From contig OZ024744.1 of the NCBI GenBank assembly GCA_964016885.1, forward strand, positions 56,606,001-56,670,000: 64,000 bases of DNA. The letters are read 5' to 3'. Both the position numbers and the translations under genes were made by a program. Below are positions 28,401-40,400 of this stretch, in pieces (the stretch's first letter is position 1; each line of letters opens with the position of its first letter). Under the pieces are notes generated by a model, which was not told where the DNA came from, did no database searches, and saw only the letters and a program-made list of their open reading frames with translations. Origin of the DNA: Eledone cirrhosa (Eukaryota).

Positions 28401-31400
28401 ACTCCATCCTCTCAAACTTCTGTCATTCTATCCTCTCAAACTTCTGTCTGTCACTCCATCCTTTCTAACTTCTGTGTGTCACTCCACCCTCTCTAACTTC
28501 TGTCTGTCACTCCACCCTCTCTAACTTCTGTCTGTCACTCCACCCTCTCTAACTTCTGTCTGTCACTCCACCCTCTCAAACTTCTGTCTGTCACTCCACC
28601 CTCTCAAACTTCTGTCTGTCACTCCACCCTCTCTAACTTCTGTCGGTCACTCCATCCTCTCTAACTTCTGTCGGTCACTCCATCCTCTCTAACTTCTGTC
28701 GGTCACTCCATCCTCTCTAACTTCTGTCGGTCACTCCATCCTCTCTAACTTCTGTCGGTCACTCCATCCTCTCTAACTTCTGTCGGTCACTCCATCCTCT
28801 CTAACTTCTGTCGGTCACTCCATCCTCTCAAACTTCTGTCGGTCACTCTATCCTCTCAAACTTCTGTCTGTCACTCCATCCTCTCTCACTTCTGTCGGTC
28901 ACTCCATCCTCTCTAACTTCTGTCGGTCACTCCATACTCTCTAACTTCTGTCTGTTACTCCATCCTCTCCAACTTCTGTCTGTCACTCCATCCTTTCTAA
29001 CTTCTGTCTGTCACTCCATCCTTTCTAACTTCTGTCTGTCACTCCATCCTCTCTAACTTCTGTCTGTCACTCCATCCTCTCTAACTTCTGTCTGTCACTC
29101 CATCCTCTCAAACTTCTGTCGGTCACTCCATCCTCTCTAACTTCTGTCGGTCACTCTATCCTCTCAAACTTCTGTCGGTCACTCTATCCTCTCAAACTTC
29201 TGTCGGTCACTCTATCCTCTCAAACTTCTGTCTGTCACTCCATCCTCTCTCACTTCTGTCTGTCACTCCATCCTCTCTAACTTCTGTCTGTCACTCCATC
29301 CTCTCCAACTTCTGTCTGTCACTCCATCCTCTCCAACTTCTGTCTGTCACTCCATCCTCTCCAACTTCTGTCTGTCACTCCATCCTCTCCAACTTCTGTC
29401 TGTCACTCCATCCTCTCCAACTTCTGTCTGTCACTCCATCCTCTCCAACTTCTGTCTGTCACTCCACCCTCTCAAACTTCTGTCTGTCACTCCACCCTCT
29501 CAAACTTCTGTCTGTCACTCCACCCTCTCTAACTTCTGTCGGTCACTCCACCCTCTCTAACTTCTGTCGGTCACTCCACCCTCTCTAACTTCTGTCGGTC
29601 ACTCCATCCTCTCTAACTTCTGTCGGTCACTCCATCCTCTCTAACTTCTGTCGGTCACTCCATCCTCTCAAACTTCTGTCGGTCACTCCATCCTCTCAAA
29701 CTTCTGTCGGTCACTCCATCCTCTCAAACTTCTGTCGGTCACTCTATCCTCTCAAACTTCTGTCGGTCACTCTATCCTCTCAAACTTCTGTCGGTCACTC
29801 TATCCTCTCAAACTTCTGTCGGTCACTCTATCCTCTCAAACTTCTGTCGGTCACTCTATCCTCTCAAACTTCTGTCGGTCACTCTATCCTCTCAAACTTC
29901 TGTCGGTCACTCTATCCTCTCAAACTTCTGTCGGTCACTCTATCCTCTCAAACTACTGTCTGTCACTCCACCCTCTCTAACTTCTGTCGGTCACTCCATC
30001 CTCTCTAACTTCTGTCGGTCACTCCATCCTCTCTAACTTCTGTCGGTCACTCCATCCTCTCTAACTTCTGTCGGTCACTCCATCCTCTCAAACTTCTGTC
30101 GGTCACTCCATCCTCTCAAACTTCTGTCGGTCACTCCATCCTCTCAAACTTCTGTCGGTCACTCTATCCTCTCAAACTTTTGTCGGTCACTCTATCCTCT
30201 CAAACTTCTGTCGGTCACTCTATTCTCTCTAACTCCTGTCACTCCATCCTCTCTAACTTCTGTCTGTCACTCCATCCTCTCTAACTTCTGTCTGTCACTC
30301 CATCCTCTCTAACTTCTGTCTGTCACTCCATCCTCTCCAACTTCTGTCTGTCACTCCATCCTCTCCAACTTCTGTCTGTCACTCCATCCTCTCCAACTTC
30401 TGTCTGTCACTCCATCCTCTCCAACTTCTGTCTGTCACTCCATCCTCTCCAACTTCTGTCTGTCACTCCATCCTCTCCAACTTCTGTCTGTCACTCCATC
30501 CTCTCCAACTTCTGTCTGTCACTCCATCCTCTCCAACTTCTGTCTGTCACTCCATCCTCTCCAACTTCTGTCTGTCACTCCATCCTCTCTAACTTCTGTC
30601 TGTCACTCCATCCTCTCTAACTTCTGTCTGTCACTCCATCCTCTCTAACTTCTGTCACTCCATCCTCTCTAACTTCTGTCTGTCACTCCATCCTTTCTAA
30701 CTTCTGTCTGTCACTCCATCCTTTCTAACTTCTGTCTGTCACTCCATCCTTTCTAACTTCTGTCTGTCACTCCATCCTTTCTAACTTCTGTCTGTCACTC
30801 CATCCTTTCTAACTTCTGTCTGTCACTCCATCCTTTCTAACTTCTGTCTGTCACTCCATCCTTTCTAACTTCTGTCTGTCATTCCATCCTCTCAAACTTC
30901 TGTCTGTCACTCCATCCTCGCCAACTTCTGTCTGTCACTCCATCCTCTCCAACTTCTGTCTGTCACTCCATCCTCTCAAACTACTGTCTGTCACTCCATC
31001 CTCTCAAACTACTGTCTGTCACTCCATCCTCTCAAACTACTGTCTGTCACTCCACCCTCTCAAACTTCTGTCTGTCACTCCACCCTCTCTAACTTCTGTC
31101 GGTCACTCCATCCTCTCTAACTTCTGTCGGTCACTCTATCCTCTCTAACTTCTGTCGGTCACTCTATCCTCTCAAACTTCTGTCGGTCACTCTATCCTCT
31201 CAAACTTCTGTCGGTTACTCCATCCTCTCAAACTTCTGTCAGTCACTCCATCCTCTCTCACTTCTGTCTGTCACTCCATCCTTTCTAACTTCTGCCTCTC
31301 TTTCCATGCTAACTTCTGTCTGTCACTCCATCCTCTCTAACTTCTGTCTGTCACTCCATCCTCTCTAACTTCTGTCTGTCACTCCACCCTCTCTAACTTC

Positions 31401-34400
31401 TGTCTGTCACTCCACCCTCTCTAACTTCTGTCTGTCACTCCATCCTCTCAAACTTCTGTCATTCTATCCTCTCAAACTTCTGTCTGTCACTCCATCCTTT
31501 CTAACTTCTGTGTGTCACTCCACCCTCTCTAACTTCTGTCTGTCACTCCACCCTCTCTAACTTCTGTCTGTCACTCCACCCTCTCTAACTTCTGTCTGTC
31601 ACTCCACCCTCTCAAACTTCTGTCTGTCACTCCACCCTCTCAAACTTCTGTCTGTCACTCCACCCTCTCTAACTTCTGTCTGTCACTCCACCCTCTCTAA
31701 CTTCTGTCGGTCACTCCATCCTCTCTAACTTCTGTCGGTCACTCCATCCTCTCTAACTTCTGTCGGTCACTCCATCCTCTCTAACTTCTGTCGGTCACTC
31801 CATCCTCTCTAACTTCTGTCGGTCACTCCATCCTCTCTAACTTCTGTCGGTCACTCCATCCTCTCTAACTTCTGTCGGTCACTCTATCCTCTCAAACTTC
31901 TGTCGGTCACTCTGTCCTCTTAAACTTCTGTCGGTCACTCTGTCCTCTCAAACTGCTGTCGGTCACTCTATCCTCTCAAACTTCTGTCGGTCACTCCATC
32001 CTCTCAAACTTCTGTCGGTCACTCCATCCTCTCTAACTTCTGTCGGTCACTCCATCCTCTCTAACTTCTATCGGTCACTCCATCCTCTCAAACTTCTGTC
32101 GGTCACTCCATCCTCTCAAACTTCTGTCGGTCACTCTATCCTCTCAAACTTCTGTCAGTCACTCTATCCTCTCAAACTTCTGTCGGTCACTCTATCCTCT
32201 CTCACTTCTGTCTGTCACTCCATCCTCTCTCACTTCTGTCTGTCACTCCATCCTCTCTAACTTCTGTCGGTCACTCCATCCTCTCTAACTTCTGTCGGTC
32301 ACTCCATACTCTCTAACTTCTGTCTGTTACTCCATCCTCTCCAACTTCTGTCTGTCACTCCATCCTTTCTAACTTCTGTCTGTCACTCCATCCTCTCTAA
32401 CTTCTGTCTGTCACTCCATCCTCTCTAACTTCTGTCTGTCACTCCATCCTCTCTAACTTCTGTCTGTCACTCCATCCTCTCAAACTTCTCTCGGTCACTC
32501 CATCCTCTCTAACTTCTGTCTGTCACTCCATCCTCTCTCACTTCTGTCTGTCACTCCATCCTCTCTAACTTCTGTCTGTCACTCCATCCTCTCTAACTTC
32601 TGTCTGTCACTCCATCCTCTCTAACTTCTGTCTGTCACTCCATCCTCTCTAACTTCTGTCTGTCACTCCATCCTCTCTAACTTCTGTCTGTCACTCCATC
32701 CTCTCCAACTTCTGTCTGTCACTCCATCCTCTCCAACTTCTGTCTGTCACTCCATCCTCTCCAACTTCTGTCTGTCACTCCATCCTCTCCAACTTCTGTC
32801 TGTCACTCCATCCTCTCCAACTTCTGTCTGTCACTCCATCCTCTCCAACTTCTGTCTGTCACTCCATCCTCTCCAACTTCTGTCTGTCACTCCATCCTCT
32901 CCAACTTCTGTCTGTCACTCCATCCTCTCCAACTTCTGTCTGTCACTCCATCCTCTCCAACTTCTGTCTGTCACTCCATCCTCTCCAACTTCTGTCTGTC
33001 ACTCCATCCTCTCTAACTTCTGTCGGTCACTCCATCCTCTCTAACTTCTGTCGGTCACTCCATCCTCTCAAACTTCTGTCGGTCACTCTATCCTCTCAAA
33101 CTTCTGTCGGTCACTCTATCCTCTCAAACTTCTGTCGGTCACTCTATCCTCTCAAACTTCTGTCAGTCACTCCATCCTCTCAAACTTCTGTCAGTCACTC
33201 CATCCTCTCTCACTTCTGTCTGTCACTCCATCCTTTCTAACTTCTGCCTCTCTTTCCATGCTCTCTAACTCTTGTCACTCCATCCTCTCTAACTTCTGTC
33301 TGTCACTCCATCCTCTCAAACTTCTGTCTGTCACTCCACCCTCTCTAACTTCTGTCTGTCACTCCATCCTCTCTAACTTCTGTCTGTCACTCCACCCTCT
33401 CTAACTTCTGTCTGTCACTCCACCCTCTCTAACTTCTGTCTGTCACTCCATCCTCTCAAACTTCTGTCATTCTATCCTCTCAAACTTCTGTCTGTCACTC
33501 CATCCTTTCTAACTTCTGTGTGTCACTCCACCCTCTCTAACTTCTGTCTGTCACTCCACCCTCTCTAACTTCTGTCTGTCACTCCACCCTCTCAAACTTC
33601 TGTCTGTCACTCCACCCTCTCAAACTTCTGTCTGTCACTCCACCCTCTCTAACTTCTGTCGGTCACTCCATCCTCTCTAACTTCTGTCGGTCACTCCATC
33701 CTCTCTAACTTCTGTCGGTCACTCCATCCTCTCTAACTTCTGTCGGTCACTCTATCCTCTCTAACTTCTGTCGGTCACTCTATCCTCTCAAACTGCTGTC
33801 GGTCACTCTATCCTCTCAAACTTCTGTCAGTCACTCCATCCTCTCAAACTTCTGTCAGTCACTCCATCCTCTCTCACTTCTGTCTGTCACTCCATCCTCT
33901 CTAACTTCTGTCTGTCACTCCATCCTCTCTAACTTCTGTCGGTCACTCTATCCTCTCAAACTTCTGTCGGTCACTCTATCCTCTCAAACTTCTGTCGGTC
34001 ACTCTATCCTCTCAAACTTCTGTCGGTCACTCTATCCTCTCAAACTTCTATCGGTCACTCTATCCTCTCAAACTTCTGTCGGTCACTCTATCCTCTCAAA
34101 CTTCTGTCGGTCACTCCATCCTCTCTAACTTCTGTCTGTCACTCCCTCCTCTCTAACTTCTGTCTGTCACTCCATCCTCGCCAACTTCTGTCTGTCACTC
34201 CATCCTCTCCAACTTCTGTCTGTCACTCCATCCTCTCTAACTTCTGTCTGTCACTCCATCCTCTCTAACTTCTGTCACTCCATCCACTCTAACTTCTGTC
34301 TGTCACTCCATCCTCTCTAGCTCCTGCCTGTCACTCCATCCTCTCTAACTTCTGTCTGTCACTCCATCCTTTCTAACTTCTGTCTGTCACTCCATCCTTT

Positions 34401-37400
34401 CTAACTTCTGTCTGTCACTCCATCCTTTCTAACTTCTGTCTGTCACTCCATCTTTTCTAACTTCTGTCTGTCACTCCATCCTTTCTAACTTCTGTCTGTC
34501 ACTCCATCCTTTCTAACTTCTGTCTGTCACTCCATCCTTTCTAACTTCTGTCTGTCACTCCATCCTTTCTAACTTCTGTCTGTCACTCCATCCTTTCTAA
34601 CTTCTGTCTGTCACTCCATCCTTTCTAACTTCTGTCTGTCACTCCATCCTCTCAAACTACTGTCTGTCACTCCATCCTCTCAAACTACTGTCTGTCACTC
34701 CATCCTCTCAAACTACTGTCTGTCACTCCATCCTTTCTAACTTCTGTATGTCACTCCATCCTTTCTAACTTCTGTATGTCACTCCATCCTTTCTAACTTC
34801 TGCCTCTCTTTCCATGCTCTCTAACTCTTGTCACTCCATCCTCTCTAACTTCTGTCTGTCACTCCATCCTCTCAAACTTCTGTCTGTCACTCCATCCTGT
34901 CAAACTACTGTCTGTCACTCCATCCTCTCAAACTTCTGTCTGTCACTCCATCCTCTCAAACTTCTGTCATTCTATCCTCTCAAACTTCTGTCTGTCACTC
35001 CATCCTTTCTAACTTCTGTGTGTCACTCCACCCTCTCTAACTTCTGTCTGTCACTCCACCCTCTCTAACTTCTGTCGGTCACTCTATCCTCTCAAACTTC
35101 TGTTGGTCACTCTATCCTCTCAAACTTCTGTCGGTCACTCTATCCTCTCAAACTTCTGTCAGTCACTCCATCCTCTCAAACTTCTGTCAGTCACTCCATC
35201 CTCTCTCACTTCTGTCTGTCACTCCATCCTCTCTAACTTCTGTCTGTCACTCCATCCTCTCTCACTTCTGTCTGTCACTCCATCATCTCTAACTTCTGTC
35301 TGTCACTCCATCCTCTCTAACTTCTGTCTGTCACTCCATCCTCTCAAACTTCTGTCTGTCACTCCATCCTCTCAAACTTCTGTCTGTCACTCCATCCTCT
35401 CAAACTTCTGCTTGTCACTCCATCCTCTCTAACTTTTGTCTGTCACTCCATCCTCGCCAACTTCTGTCTGTCACTCCATCCTCTCTAACTTCTGTCTGTC
35501 ACTCCATCCTCTCTAACTTCTGTCTGTCACTCCATCCTCTCTAACTTCTGTCACTCCATCCTCTCTAGCTCATGCCTGTCACTCCATCCTCTCTAGCTCC
35601 TGCCTGTCACTCCATCCTCTCTAACTTCTGTCTGTCACTCCATCCTTTCTAACTTCTGTCTGTCACTGCATCCTTTCTTACTTCTGTCTGTCACTGCATC
35701 CTTTCTTACTTCTGTCTGTCACTCCATCCTTTCTAACTTCTGTCTGTCACTCCATCCTTTCTAACTTCTGTCTGTCACTCCATCCTCTCAAACTCCTGTC
35801 TGTCACTCCATCCTTTCTAACTTCTGTCTGTCACTCCATCCTTTCTAACTTCTGTCTGTCACTCCATCCTCTCAAACTCCTGTCTGTCACTCCATCCTTT
35901 CTAACTTCTGTCTGTCACACCATCCTCTCAAACTTCTGTCTTTCACTCCATCCTTTCTAACTTCTGTATGTCACTCCATCCTTTCTAACTTCTGCCTCTC
36001 TTTCCATGCTCTCTAACTCTTGTCACTCCATCCTTTCTAACTTCTGTCTGTCACTCTATCCTCTCTAACTTCTGTCTGTCACTCCATCTTCTCTAACTTC
36101 TGTCTGTCACTCCATCTTCTCTAACTTCTGTCTGTCACACCATCCTTTCTAACTTCTGTCTGTCACTCCATCCTTTCTAACTTCTGTATGTCACTCCATC
36201 CTTTCTAACTTCTGCCTCTCTTTCCATGCTCTCTAACTCTTGTCACTCCATCCTCTCTAACTTCTGTCTGTCACTCCATCCTTTCTAACTTCTGTCTGTC
36301 ACTCCATCCTTTCTAACTTCTGTCTGTCACTCCATCCTTTCTAACTTCTGTCTGTCACTCCATCCTTTCTAACTTCTGTCTGTCACTCCATCTTTTCTAA
36401 CTTCTGTCTGTCACTCCATCCTCTCTAACTTCTGTCTGTCACTCCATCCTTTCTAACTTCTGTCTGTCACTCCATCCTTTCTAACTTCTGTCTGTCACTC
36501 CATCCTTTCTAACTTCTGTCTGTCACTCCATCCTTTCTAACTTCTGTCTGTCACTCCATCCTTTCTAACTTCTGTCTGTCACTCCATCCTTTCTAACTTC
36601 TGTCTGTCACTCCATCCTTTCTAACTTCTGTCTGTCACTCCATCCTTTTTAACTTCTGTCTGTCACTCCATCCTTTTTAACTTCTGTATGTCACTCCATC
36701 CTTTTTAACTTCTGTCTGTCACTCCATCCTCTCTATCTTCTGTCTGTCACTACATCCTCTCTTACTCCTGTCTGTCAGTCCATCCTCTCAAACTTCTGTC
36801 TGTCACTCCATCCTCTCTAACTCCTGTCACTCCATCCTCTCTAACTTCTGTCTGTCAGTCCATCCTCTCTAACTTCTGTCTGTCACTCCACCCTCTCTAT
36901 CTTCTGTCTGTCACTCCACCCTCTCTATCTTCTGTCTGTCACTCCATCCTCTCTAACTTCTGTCTGTCACTCCATCCTCTCAAACTTCTGTCTGTCACTC
37001 CATCCTCTCAAACTTCTGTCTGTCACTCCATCCTCTCAAACTTCTGCTTGTCACTCCATCCTCTCTAACTTTTGTCTGTCACTCCATCCTCGCCAACTTC
37101 TGTCTGTCACTCCATCCTCTCTAACTTCTGTCTGTCACTGCATCCTCTCTAACTTCTGTCTGTCACTCCATCCTCTCTAACTTCTGTCACTCCATCCTCT
37201 CTAGCTCATGCCTGTCACTCCATCCTCTCTAGCTCCTGCCTGTCACTCCATCCTCTCTAACTTCTGTCTGTCACTCCATCCTTTCTAACTTCTGTCTGTC
37301 ACTGCATCCTTTCTTACTTCTGTCTGTCACTCCATCCTTTCTAACTTCTGTCTGTCACTCCATCCTTTCTAACTTCTGTCAGTCACTCCATCCTTTCTAA

Positions 37401-40400
37401 CTTCTGTCTGTCACTCCATCCTCTCAAACTCCTGTCTGTCACTCCATCCTTTCTAACTTCTGTCTGTCACTCCATCCTCTCAAACTCCTGTCTGTCACTC
37501 CATCCTTTCCAACTTCTGTCTGTCACTCCATCCTTTCTAACTTCTGTCTGTCACTCCATCCTCTCTAACTTCTGTCTGTCACTCCATCCTTTCTAACTTC
37601 TGTCTGTCACTCCATCCTCTCAAACTTCTGTCTGTCACTCCATCCTTTCTAACTTCTGTATGTCACTCCATCCTTTCTAACTTCTGCCTCTCTTTCCATG
37701 CTCTCTAACTCTTGTCACTCCATCCTCTCTAACTTCTGTCTGTCACTCCATCCTTTCTAACTTCTGTCTGTCACTCCATCCTTTCTAACTTCTGTCTGTC
37801 ACTCCATCCTTTCTAACTTCTGTCTGTCACTCCATCCTTTCTAACTTCTGTCTGTCACTCCATCTTCTCTAACTTCTGTCTGTCACACCATCCTTTCTAA
37901 CTTCTGTCTGTCACTCCATCCTTTCTAACTTCTGTATGTCACTCCATCCTTTCTAACTTCTGCCTCTCTTTCCATGCTCTCTAACTCTTGTCACTCCATC
38001 CTCTCTAACTTCTGTCTGTCACTCCATCCTTTCTAACTTCTGTCTGTCACTCCATCCTTTCTAACTTCTGTCTGTCACTCCATCCTTTCTAACTTCTGTC
38101 TGTCACTCCATCCTTTCTAACTTCTGTCTGTCACTCCATCCTTTCTAACTTCTGTCTGTCACTCCATCCTTTCTAACTTCTGTCTGTCACTCCATCCTTT
38201 CTAACTTCTGTCTGTCACTCCATCCTTTCTAACTTCTGTCTGTCACTCCATCCTTACTAACTTCTGTCTGTCACTCCATCCTTACTAACTTCTGTCTGTC
38301 ACTCCATCCTTTCTAACTTCTGTCTGTCACTCCATCCTTTTTAACTTCTGTCTGTCACTCCATCCTTTTTAACTTCTGTATGTCACTCCATCCTTTCTAA
38401 CTTCTGTCTGTCACTCCATCCTCTCTATCTTCTGTCTGTCACTACATCCTCTCTTACTCCTGTCTGTCACTCCATCCTCTCTAACTCCTGTCACTCCATC
38501 CTCTCTAACTTCTGTCTGTCAGTCCATCCTCTCTAACTTCTGTCTGTCACTCCATCCTCTCTATCTTCTGTCTGTCACTACATCCTCTCTATCTTCTGTC
38601 TGTCACTACATCCTCTCTTACTCCTGTCTGTCACTCCATCCTCTCAAACTTCTGTCTGTCACTCCATCCTCTCAAACTTCTGTCTGTCACTCCATCCTCT
38701 CAAACTTCTGTCTGTCACTCCATCCTCTCAAACTTCTGTCTGTCACTCCATCCTCTCTAACTTCTGTCTGTCACTCCATCCTCTCTAACTTCTGTCTGTC
38801 ACTCCATCCTCTCTAACTTATGCCTGTCTATCCATGCTCTCTAACTTATGCCTGTCTATCCATGCTCTCTAACTCCTGTCTGTCACTCCATCCTCTCTAA
38901 CTCCTGTCTGTCACTCCATCCTCTCTAACTTCTGTCTGTCACTCCATCCTCTCTAACTTCTGTCTGTCACTCCACCCTCTCTAACTTCTGTCTGTCACTC
39001 CACCCTCTCTAACTTCTGTCTGTCACTCCACCCTCTCTAACTTCTGTCTGTCACTCCACCCTCTCAAACTTCTGTCTGTCACTCCACCCTCTCAAACTTC
39101 TGTCTGTCACTCCACCCTCTCAAACTTCTGTCTGTCACTCCACCCTCTCTAACTTCTGTCTGTCACTCCATCCTCTCTAACTCCTGTCACTCCATCCTCT
39201 CTAACTTCTGTCTGTCAGTCCATCCTCTCTAACTCCTGTGTGTCACTCCATCCTCTCTAACTTCTGTCTGTCACTCCATCCTCTCTAGCTTCTGTCTGTC
39301 ACTCCATCCTCTCTAACTTCTGTCTGTCACTCCATCCTCTCTAACTTATGCCTGTCTCTCCATGCTCTCTAAGTTCTGTCTGTCACTCCATCCTCTCTAG
39401 CTTCTGTCTGTCACTACATCCTCTCTAACTTATGCCTGTCTATCCATGCTCTCTAACTTATGCCTGTCTCTCCATCCTCTCTAACTCCTGTCACTCCATC
39501 CTCTCTAACTTCTGTCTGTCACTCCATCCTCTCTAACTTCTGTCTGTCACTCCATCCTCTCAAACTTCTGTCTGTCACTCCATCCTCTCAAACTTCTGTC
39601 TGTCACTCCATCCTCTCAAACTTCTGTCTGTCACTCCATCCTCTCAAACTACTGTCTGTCACTCCATCCTCTCAAACTACTGTCTGTCACTCCATCCTCT
39701 CAAACTTCTCTGTCACTCCATCCTCTCAAACTTCTGTCATTCTATCCTCTCAAACTTCTGTCTGTCACTCCATCCTTTCTAACTTCTGTGTCACTCCACC
39801 CTCTCTAACTTCTGTCTGTCACTCCACCCTCTCTAACTTCTGTCTGTCACTCCACCCTCTCTAACTTCTGTCTGTCACTCCACCCTCTCAAACTTCTGTC
39901 TGTCACTCCACCCTCTCAAACTTCTGTCTGTCACTCCACCCTCTCAAACTTCTGTCTGTCACTCCACCCTCTCAAACTTCTGTCTGTCACTCCACCCTCT
40001 CTAACTTCTGTCGGTCACTCCATCCTCTATAACTTCTGTCTGTCACTCCATCCTCTCAAACTTCTGTCTGTCACTCCATCCTCTCAAACTTCTGTCTGTC
40101 ACTCCATCCTCTCAAACTTCTGTCTGTCACTCCATCCTCTCAAACTACTGTCTGTCACTCCATCCTCTCAAACTCCTGTCTGTCACTCCATCCTCTCAAA
40201 CTTCTGTCATTCTATCCTCTCAAACTTCTGTCTGTCACTCCATCCTTTCTAACTTCTGTCTGTCACTCCACCCTCTCTAACTTCTGTCTGTCACTCCACC
40301 CTCTCTAACTTCTGTCTGTCACTCCACCCTCTGTAACTTCTGTCTGTCACTCCATCCTCTCTAACTTCTGTCTGTCACTCCATCCTCTCTAACTTCTGTC

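Noticed and set aside
12974-39864. ORFs inside the satellite (SVTPSS/VCHSILSNFCLSLHPL repeats)
   Set aside because: They are chance runs of units lacking an in-frame TAA. The 28-bp period cycles through frames, TAA variants close + frames frequently, and a TGA in each unit closes the minus frames.
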